Assembly: GCA_963693365.1 (NCBI GenBank) | Contig: CAVNZM010000007.1 | Coordinates: forward strand, 11,095,962-11,159,961 | Source: Amoebidium appalachense | Taxonomy: Eukaryota > Protista > Ichthyosporea | Length of the DNA stretch: 64,000 nt | Reading direction: 5' to 3' | Shown: one piece after another, positions 53,795 to 64,000 of the stretch | Position numbering within the stretch: position 1 is the stretch's first letter | Layout of the letters: every line of letters starts with the position of its first letter | Program-made: the position numbers and the translations under genes | The notes under the pieces: generated by a model | The model's input: the letters and a program-made list of their open reading frames with translations, nothing else | What the model was told of the DNA's origin: nothing | Database searches by the model: none

Positions 53795-55892
53795 CTATGC
53801 CACCACGTGCCCCGCTGCTGATGCCGGGGGTGCCTCCTGGGTGTTGGGCTTTGGGGGTGGTGGGCTGTGGGGGGGGGACTGTGGCCCCTCGTCGACTGCG
53901 GCTGGGCCATGGTCGGTGGCTGTTGGCTCGTGGGAGCTGGGCAGGGTGCTGGCCGGCTGCAGGGCCAGGGCCGTGTGGGGGCTGGTGGGCCCGGCAGGCA
54001 GGTCGGGCAGCTGCAGGGCATCGGGCAGTGAGTGCGACTTGCGCAGCGGCGACGGGGAGTGTGGCTGGTGGCTGTGCGTCACGGCCCGGCGTGCCCGGCT
54101 GGCTGGGCTGGTGCTGCGCAGGGGACTGGGCAGGCGGGGGGCTGGGGCCGGGGAGTCCTTTGCTATGGACGGGGAGAAGAGCGGGTTGGCGGCCATCAGC
54201 GCATGCACCTCCTGCACGGGCAGCTGACGCATCACTGTCTGCCGGCAGAAGCGCTGGAACCGCGCAGAGTAGAACTTGGGGTTGTGCACGCTGATGTGGT
54301 CCTGCAGCAACATGCACACAGTGAGTTCCAACCCAATGACCATGCATGCACACAGTGAGTTCCAACACAGTCACCATGCATGCACACAGTGAGTTCCAAC
54401 ACAGTCACCATGCATGCACACAGTGAGTTCCAGCACAGTCACCATGCATGCACACAGTGAGTTCCAACCCAATCACCATGCATGCACACAGTGAGTTCCA
54501 ACACAGTCACCATGCATGCACACAGTGAGTTCCAACCCAGTCACCATGCATGCACACAGTGAGTCCCAACCCAATCACCATGCATGCACACAGTGAGTCC
54601 CAACCCAATCACCATGCATGCACACAGTGAGTTCCAACCCAGTCACCATGCATGCACACAGTGAGTTCCAACCCAGTTACCATGCATGCACACAGTGAGT
54701 TCCAACCCAGTTACCATGCATGCACACAGTGAGTTCCAGCCCAGTTACTATGCATGCACACAGTGAATTCCATCCCAATAACCATGCATGCACACAGTGA
54801 GTTCCATCCCAATAACCATGCATGCACACAGTGAGTTCCAACCCAGTTACTATGTATGCGCACAGTGAGTTCCAGCCCAGTTACTATGCATGCACACAGT
54901 GAGTTCCAGCCCAGTTACTATGCATGCACACAGTGAATTCCATCCCAGTTACTATGCATGCACACAGTGAGTTCCAACCCAATAACCATGCATGCACACA
55001 GTGAGTTCCAACCCAGTTACTATGTAAGCACACAGTGAGTTCCAACCCAGTTACTATGTATGCACACAGTGAGTTCCAGCCCAGTTACTATGCATGCACA
55101 CGTTGAATTCCATCCCACTTACTATGCATGCACACAGTGAGTTCCAACCCAATAACCATGCATGCACACAGTGAGTTCCAACCCAATTACCATGCATGCA
55201 CACAGTGAGTTCCAACCCAATCACTAAGCATGCACACAGTGAGCCAACGAACCCAGGCCATGTGCATGCACACAGTGTGAGCACAGCACCCCGGCCAAGT
55301 GCATGCACACAGTGAGCCCCAACCCAATCACAATGGCATGCACACAGTGAGTCCCATTACAGCGAAAATCCCAACCCCCCACCCTGCATGCACACAGTCC
55401 ACTTGCATGCACACAGTGCCTTTGCATGCACACAGTGGCTTTGCATGTACACTGTGGCTTTGCAAGCACACAGTGGCTTTGCATGGACACTCTGTGTTTG
55501 CATGCACACAGTGCGTTTGCATGCACACAGTGACTTTGCATGCACACAGTGGCTTTGCATGCACACAGTGAGCACTCACCGCCTCGTGCAGCATGGCCTT
55601 TATGTTGTGCTCGACTATCTTTCTCATTTTGTACTGCTGCAGCACGTCGATGATCCCGAGGAACAAGAGCACTGGCCGCCCGTCCTCCACAAACCCCACA
55701 ATGCCCCCCCTGTGGCCCCGTCAGCCACGCGTCCTAAACCGGAACACCATGCACCACACATAACTAAACCGGAACACCATGTACTACATATCTCACGGCA
55801 CACCAATACATCCATGCAGCCTACCACGTCATACAGTCACACAGCCTCTTGCAAAAGCCACAGGAGACACAATCTTCTATTTGTCACCCCCC

Positions 55893-55923
<31 letters not shown>

Positions 55924-57137
55924 AAAAAAAAAGAAAGACACACACCCCAAAAGCGCACCCATCACCCTGGGCGCTCTTAGATGAGACATCACACACCAAC
56001 CAGTTGAGGTTGGGGACACACCGAGGCCAGGTACACACATTCCTGGAAGCCTGAAAGCACACAAACAACCAACGACAACCTAGAGACACAAAAGAGCAAT
56101 GCCAAGTGCCCATTTATTTGACTCAGGCAGGCAGACCTATGTGTGGCCTATCCACATGTGGTTGTGCTGTAATCGTCAGCGTGGCTACTTGGGTCCATTG
56201 AACGAAGAATGGAGCATATGTGCGCGTGCTATGTGTGTGTGTGAATGTGTCTGTGCATGTGTATGTGTAACCCTGTGTGTGTCTGTGTGTGTGTGTGTGT
56301 TTGCGTGAGTGAGTGAGTGAGATGAGTGAGTGAGTGAGTGTGTGTGTGTGTGTGTGTGTGTTTGTGTGTGTGTGTGAGCACGCACCCGAAGTTGATGTCC
56401 GTGGTTGTGTCTAGGGCCAGGGTGTCCATCAGGCCGAATGCGTAGCTGCTGGGGGCCTTATTCTTGCTGTGCAGCCGCAGCTGCCGTGTGCTCTCCGTGT
56501 CCAGATAGTGCACCCCTGCGGCCCAAAACACATCAATGCCCGTGCATGCTGCTCACAAGGGGTGGTGGTGCTAATGTGATGCAACAGTAGCCATAGTGGT
56601 GTGGGTTGGGTGGGTAGGGGGCTGGGGCCTGAGGCGGGGAAGTAGATTATTGGGCAGGTGCACATGCAGACAAAGAAAGACTTCATTGTACACAGATACT
56701 GCTAGAGCACGAACGAACGCATGGACATGCAGGCTGCATGATTGGCCAACTGTAAATCTGCTCATATGCCCCCATATCCACAGGTTGGCACCAAACAGGT
56801 GCACTGTGCTATGCAAAGGTACATGCGCGCTGGTAATATGCCATAACATGCTAGTGTACGTGTGTTGGATGTATGTATATATATGGCCAGCCATTTCACG
56901 TGACAAGTGCACCTTCGGTGTCTATGGTGAGCTAATAAAAACGGTGGCATGTGGTTGGTGTGCGTGTGCGTGTGCGTGTGTGCTCGTGTGTGTGTGTGTA
57001 TGCGCGTACAGGCACGTGTGTGCAGGCCTCTTTCCTCTCTGTCCCCCTCCCTGCCCCTCCCTCCCTCTCCCAATCTCTCTTTCTCCCTTTCTTTTGTCAC
57101 CCCCCACCCCCCTTTCCCTCGGCCACTCTCCCCCTCT

Positions 57138-57188
<51 letters not shown>

Positions 57189-57210
57189 CCGCCCCAGGGG
57201 GGGCTTGGTG

Positions 57211-57243
<33 letters not shown>

Positions 57244-58801
57244 TGCGTGTCTTACTACTGAGATGGTGCACGGATGCAAGGAAACAAGGCAGTGAGGGGT
57301 GACAGGATGCGTGTGGCGGTGGTGTCCCCAAGGGAAGGGGGCAGGGGGGGGGGGGGCTTTTTTCTGTGCGCGCAAGGCTCGTGTCTCCATGCATGCAAAA
57401 GCACTTGGGCCTGTGTGCAGCACGTACCCAGCAGCAGACTGTAGTCCATGATCTTGAAGCTGGCTAGCACCTGCGCCATACAACTCAGCACTGGCCAAGG
57501 TGCTGGGGGCCTGGGTGGGCACGTGCACACATGCATGCATCGATCCCTCCCCCTCCCCCCCCCCCCCCCCCCCTCCCCTCCCCCCCCCCTGTACCATAGT
57601 GTGTGTGTGTGTGCATAAGGCCAGTATATGGCTGTGTGGATGTGGGTGATTATGAACGCGGGGATGTGTGCGCAAGCGTGCAGACCAGTGCCTGTGCATT
57701 TGTTTTTGTGTATATGCAGGTGAATGTGGGTGTGTGGTGTGTTCATGTGTGCATGTGTGTTTGTGTGGATGCAGGATGTGGGTGTGTGGTGTGTTCATGT
57801 GTGCATGTGCAGGTGAATGCGCTCCCGTGTGCGTGTGGGTGTGTTCATATGTGCATGTACACATGTGTATTTATCTGTAAATACTGCACGTGTGCTCATG
57901 TGCTCATGTGTGCATGTGCTAAATGTGGACATATGAATGTGCTCATTTGCCCATATGTGCACGTACCCTGCAGTCCCTCTCGAGGGTGCGCATGAGTGCC
58001 TGGTACGTGTTTGCCTCCAGCCTTAGTCCCCCCGCATGCATCTCAAGAAAGTCAAGGTCCTGCAGCCCCATCAGCACACAGCCACAGCGCACGTGCACAC
58101 AGACACCATGCACCACACAAACACACACATACCTCGCTGACACACACAGATTATAGGTACACACACACCACATGGTAGGCACACATACCACACACACACA
58201 GCGTATCTGACACACACATGCATACCACACATGCACCCAAAACAACAACACACACCACTTACACATTAAAAGCACACACGATACATAAGGACACACACAG
58301 TAGACAAGCACACACAATACAAAGGGGCACCATGTACAAGCCCTGCATACACACACACAAAACATAAGAGCACACACGGCACAAAAGCTCATACCCACAC
58401 ACCATGCTCACACAAAAACAGCAAGTGTACACACACAGCACACCAGCACACATCATAGTAGACACACGCTCACAACAAATGCATAAGCACACCTTCGCAC
58501 AGACTGTGTCCTGCAAGAACACACTTGTAACACACACAGAGTCATGCAACCATGCCCCCCCCCCCCCCCCCCCCCCCCTTCCCCTTCCCCCCACCCTTCC
58601 TGCCCACCTTATATGTGGGACTCTTCTTTGCTTTCTCCTTGGCTGAAGCCACTCGGCCCAGCGTAGATCCCTGCCGTGGCCCAGTTAGCCCCCCCCCCCC
58701 CCCCCCCCCCCCCCGAAAACCCCACCCCCACAACCACAACCACCACCACCACACACACAAAACCACCACTACCGATAAACAGATCAACTACACGGCAACC
58801 C

Positions 58802-58834
<33 letters not shown>

Positions 58835-59671
58835 AGCGCCGGAGAGAAAGCCTGCACCCCTTCTGCTACACTCTCCCATCCCACTGCCCCTAACAAACAC
58901 CACTCACCACTATCTGCTAACCCCTAGCCCCCCCCCCCCCCACACACACACACACTATCCCAATCCCACCAGTCCCCTGCCCTCTCTCTCCAACGGCTCC
59001 CATCCAACCAATCCGCTCCCCTGCCAACCATGTAATCCCCGATCACGATCGAAATCCCTGCCAATCCTCCCTCCCCCCCTCCCCCTTCCCCCCCCCCCAA
59101 ACAATGCACTCCCTCCAAAACCCTTCCCCTGCACCCCGTAACTAACAACCCCCCTTGAACCGTCACACCCCCTCAAGCCCCCTCCCTCCCCATCCCCGCT
59201 CCCCCTGCGCACCTTGAGATCGTATCGCTCATCAGATGCGATGTGAGAGGGCAGGATGTTGTTCATGATGGTGAAGTGGATGCTGCGGCCCATGTGTGTG
59301 CGATAGCAGTACAGCCCAAAGAACTTGGGCAGTAGCGTCTTGGTGTTCTGCGTCAGGTTCTGCACAGACACCCCCTCAGCACAGCCCCATGCACAAATCA
59401 CCAGCCCACGTCCCCCCCCCCCCCCCCTTCTCCCCCCCCCCCCCCCCCCTAAAAAAAAACCCTCCGACTCATCACCCCTCCCTCCCACCATCGAACCTCT
59501 TCCATGCAAACAAATATCTATTCCCCCCCCCCCCCCCCCCCTGCATAGGAGAAGGAAAAAAGGGGCGGCACTTATCCAACCCATCATGAATGACCAACTT
59601 CTAATATCCACCAGGCCACCACCCCTGAAATCCATTTGCAAGACCCCCCTAACATGTGCGCCACTTGTGCA

Positions 59672-59718
<47 letters not shown>

Positions 59719-60772
59719 AATACTCCTTGTGCCATCTGCAGCACACACACCTTCTGTTACCCCCCCCCCCCCCCATCCCCCCCCCCCCCCCCCCCCCCCC
59801 CGCCACCCCACACCGAAAAGCGCTTGCCACGCAACCACCATGGCTCCATAGCCCCCTCACCAGAAAGTAGCCGGGCAGCAGCTTGCGCAGGAACACGGCC
59901 TCCCTCGACTGCACGGTCTTGATGATGAAGTTGTCGTCAGGCGACAGATAGAACAGGGACCCACTGGCCCCGGGGTTGGACAGCTCCTTGAGCCGCTCAT
60001 TGCACAGCGACACCTGTGCACACAGTAGTTAATGGGTGTGCACACAGTCGTTAATGGGTGTGCACACAGTAGTTAATGGGTGTGCACACAGTAGTTAATG
60101 GGTGTGCACACAGTTAGGAGTTTGCATTAGGATGAAGAGGTTGCGGGGTAAAGAAAAACGGTAGTGATAGTGTGGGGGTGCAGTGGTCTGGTGATGATGT
60201 GACGATGTGGGTGGTGGTTGTGGTGGTGGTGGTGGTGGTGGCGGCGGCACTGGCGACGGGTGTACTGTTGGTGGTGTGTCTTATGTGGCTATATGTCGTT
60301 CAAGGTGAATAGGTGGATTTTGGAGGGGTTTAAGGTGGGGGAGGGAAAGGGAAGGGGTTCACGCACCAGGAAGTCCTCCGGATTGATGCCAAAGGCCTCA
60401 CGGAAGTACCTACACGCCACGTCAGACACCAAATACTGAAACCCCCCCCCCCCCCCCCAACACACACACACACCTGAAGACCTTTGGTGCATAAGTTTTG
60501 AAGGTGAAGTCTGGGTGGCGGTGTGCCGGTGTGTACACAGACCCCTCACTGCGCCCCCATGAGTCAGCACCCACACTCTTTCAACCCCCCCTGTGAACCC
60601 ATAAACTCCACTCCCCCAAATACACCCTGCACGCATGCATAGTCACTACAGCACCGACCCCCCCCCCCCCCACACACACAAGATTTTGTCATATCCGTGG
60701 CCCATGGCAACTCATAAACAAGTGACGTCATGCATAGCAGCAAATGCACCTTCTAAACCCTCCTGTCCTCCA

Positions 60773-60806
<34 letters not shown>

Positions 60807-60955
60807 GTGTGCACGTGCACACACCCCTACAGTATCATCCCCCTCCCCCCCCCACCTCGGACAATCGACGACCTCTATCTCCTCAAAGTCTTCCATCAGT
60901 ATGTCTTTGCGCTCCTTCGGGTTGATGCCCCCAATCTGCAACCATATATATCAGT

Positions 60956-61033
<78 letters not shown>

Positions 61034-61144
61034 TGTGTGTGTGTGGGCACGTGCACACAGCACACCTTTGTGTTCATGTGTGCGTTTCTCTGTGTCCAGG
61101 TGTTTGCCTGTATCCCAGTGCCTGTGTGCGTCTTTGTGCCTATG

Positions 61145-61208
<64 letters not shown>

Positions 61209-61242
61209 TGTGTCTGTGTAGGTTGTATCCTATGTCTGTGTG

Positions 61243-61279
<37 letters not shown>

Positions 61280-61659
61280 ACGGGTGAAGCACGTGTGCAT
61301 TCGTATCTGTGCATATGTGTGTGCCTCTGAATCGACCTGTGTGCGTGTGTGTGTCTGTCTGTCTGCAGTGTGTGTGTGTGTGTGTGTGTGTGTCTGTATT
61401 AGTGTGCCTGTGTAGAAGTGTATTGCTTGCGTGTACATGTGCACCTATGTTCTTGCATGCCTCTGTGCACGCTTCTGTGTGGTGTGCATGGGTCTCACCC
61501 TGTGGGCCTTACCGAGTGTCTCAAACCAAACTGTATGCCTGCCATGATGTCTGATGAGTCGGCCTTCTTGTAGGTCGTCGACCCATCGGCCATCACCCTG
61601 TGCCCTTGTGGTCAGTCACCAGTTGCATGCATGCATGCTTGAGGGGGTGCATGTGTGTA

Positions 61660-61725
<66 letters not shown>

Positions 61726-62226
61726 TGTTTGAAGGGGTGCATGTGTGTGCGTGTGTGTGTGTGCGTGTGTGCATGAGGGGAGGGGGGAGGGGGGGGGGGG
61801 GGGGAAGGAGTGTTTTTTGGAAGGGGGCATTCAGGAATGCTTTTTTTCTTTTTCTTTTTCTTTCTTTTTTTTCGGGGGGGGGGGGGAGGGGGTAGGGGGG
61901 AGGGGAGGGGGGGGGGGGAGGGGGGGGGTAGAATGCAGACTACGGTACAAAGTGCAATTACACAATGAACAACACTGTACACGACAACTGAAAAGGCAAA
62001 CAGCCAAGGATGCAACATTAGCAACACGTGCAGTATGCTAAACCCTAACATTAGCAACACGTGCAGTATGCAGCATCCCCAGAGCCCAGCCTCAGGGGGC
62101 GCCGGTGGGGGTGCATACGTAATCGTAAGTGTTTGGGAGTAAGGGGACCACGGCGGGAGGGGAGGGGGGGGGGGGGGGGGGGGGGATTGTGCATCCATTG
62201 ATGTTTTTTTTTTTTGGTGTGTGTGT

Positions 62227-62267
<41 letters not shown>

Positions 62268-63370
62268 TGCAGGAGCGTTGGGGGTGGCGGTAGCGGTGCG
62301 GGGTGTGGGTATATAGATGTGTTCACGTGTATGGCGGGAGTTGTTTTTTCAGGGAGAAAAAGGGGGGGGGGGGGACCGGAGTGTGTGCATCTAAGCAGTG
62401 GGGGGTGGTGGCACACGAAAACGCAAGTGACTGCAGCATGCAGGTCATACTAGATATTTGGGGCGGCTGAGCAAGCCATGGGTGGGTGGTGCACAGGCAG
62501 GCCGGTGGCTGAAAGGGGTGGAAGGCAGCGGTAGGCGCCTTCGGGGGTAGGGGGGAGGGGGGAGGGGGGAGGGGTGTGCAAAAGCGGTACTAGGAAACAT
62601 GATGCTTGGATTGAAGGTGGCCAGGAGGTGGGAGTAAAGAGGTTCAAGGGCCTGTGTGCTTGTGGTATTCGTGAGCGTGCAAGGGCTAGGGCATCGCTGA
62701 GTGCACACGTGTGTGGCCAAAAGCTTGTGTGGACTCTTTTTGGGCACAGGGCCGTGTGAAGGGGTGCGCAGTTGCACAGCTTCGGACTTTGAGCACGCAG
62801 AAAGCGGACAAGAGGTGTGTTGGTGTGTCTAATGCAGTAGTTGTGTGTGTGCTTGCCTCTGTGTGCGCGCTCATGTGTCTGTGTGTGTGTGTATGTGTGC
62901 ACGAGCACACGCGCGTGCGTGCGCGTAGATTACGTGTAGTGTGTGTGTGTGTGAGTTTGTGTGTAGCATAGGGTTGCTTGTGTGTGGCATAAAGTCTGCT
63001 GCCCACCCATGTAAAACTTTGCAAGTGGCTGTGTGCCCTATGTGGCTATGTGCGTGTGCGTGTGCGTGTGCGTGTGCGTGTGCGTGTGCGTGTGCGTGTG
63101 CGGCTTTATGTGACTGTGTACGTGTGCGTGTGCGTGTGCGTACCTGCGGTGGCCCCTCTTCTCCGCCGTGCGCCTGTGCATCCTGTCTGTGTTCAGGCGG
63201 CCGCTGTCGGGCAGCGAAGTGAGGGAGCTGCGGGGGTCGTGCACCTGCAGGGGGCCTATGGCCGGGGCGCTGGCCGTGCTGGGCGCCAGGCTGGCCGTGC
63301 TGGCCCCCGTGCTCAGCGTGCTGCCCTGCGGGCTCAGCGCGCCCCCGTCGTGCCGCGCCAGCGACGCCAT
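53795..63370 (-). CDS. PIP5K1: Phosphatidylinositol-4-phosphate 5-kinase, type I (animal PIP5K1-like), 13 exons
   Basis: Exons 63370-63144, 61597-61513, 60935-60856, 60548-60474, 60409-60367, 60013-59861, 59359-59213, 58670-58608, 58059-57967, 57470-57428, 56515-56386, 55709-55580 and 54301-53795. Motifs [107 protein letters not shown]. Confidence 0.95.
54310..55575 (-). repeat. 34-bp minisatellite (~28 copies) plus shorter related units filling the last PIP5K intron
   Basis: Plus-strand unit catgcatgcacacagtgagttccaacccagtcac; the sense strand carries aactcac in most units. Confidence 0.92.
60016..60112 (-). repeat. 22-bp tandem repeat, 4 copies, at a PIP5K acceptor
   Basis: Sense unit acccattaactactgtgtgcac; the last copy runs into cacag|exon. 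Confidence 0.9.
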
Positions 63371-64000
63371 GGTGGGTGCCTGCGTGCGCTCACTGCATGC
63401 TGCCGCCCCACGCCCGCTGTCCCTGCTCTCCCTGCCTCTGCGCCTGTGTGCGTGGGGGCAAAAAGCTCCCTGCGGTGGAAACGTACGGTGGCTCGCCGTG
63501 CTGGCCGCATACGCTGCAAAACCCAGCTGTCTTAGCGCAAAGCAGCGCCCTTTCTCTACCAGCAAAACAGAGAACTAAAGACTCGGCACCAGCGCTAGCA
63601 TGAGCTGGCGACTGACCGTCCGTGAGCGGGAGATGAGGCGCGCTGCCGTCAACAGCTGCTCAAAACTGATCGAGAGATGGCCTGTGATTGGACATATGTC
63701 ATGCCCTGCTACGGCCGCCCTGGTCACTCAACCACGGAAACCCTACTATAACCCTTTTTTTCAGAGGGCCGTGACTCAACACGAAGGGGGACCGTGCCAT
63801 GGCACACTGAGCTGACATGCTCACCTGGCACAGTGTATTCACTACGCGTGGCCCTACATGCTCACCTGGCACAGGTCAACCTACTTTCGGGCCAGCTAAA
63901 CCATAGGCCAGGCCGGGGAGTGGCCCGATTCGCCAATTTGACCGCTGTCCCCCCCTAGCTGGCTCAGCTGATGTGTGAAAGAGTCCCTCATACATAGGCC

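Overview
Eukaryotic, intron-dense, microsatellite- and homopolymer-rich DNA. The animal-type PIP5K and the intron style suggest a unicellular holozoan (ichthyosporean-like); this is inference. Most long ORFs in the track are low-complexity artefacts, so real genes were rebuilt by hand from splice sites. Well-supported genes: a glycine-rich RRM protein (7.3-8.1 kb, +), condensin SMC4 (24 exons, 11.2-22.1 kb, +), ZNF598/Hel2 (3 exons, 47.8-52.4 kb, -) and a type I PIP5K (13 exons, 53.8-63.4 kb, -). Weaker calls: the 3' end of an unknown gene (0.3-1.3 kb), an orphan C2H2-type gene (24.0-27.8 kb), a small TATA-preceded ORF (42.7-43.0 kb) and a ~12 kb decayed, spliced Cys/His-rich gene (28.3-40.7 kb) that may be transposon-derived. 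The most unusual signals are: acceptors with a close branch point and a G-rich rather than pyrimidine-rich spacer; introns built from tandem copies of their own branch-point/acceptor region; a perfect 26-bp-stem hairpin; a two-copy TG...CA MITE-like element with an 11-bp flanking duplication; and a fold-back element with a perfect minisatellite in one arm. I found no CRISPR array, tRNA, rRNA or intact transposase.
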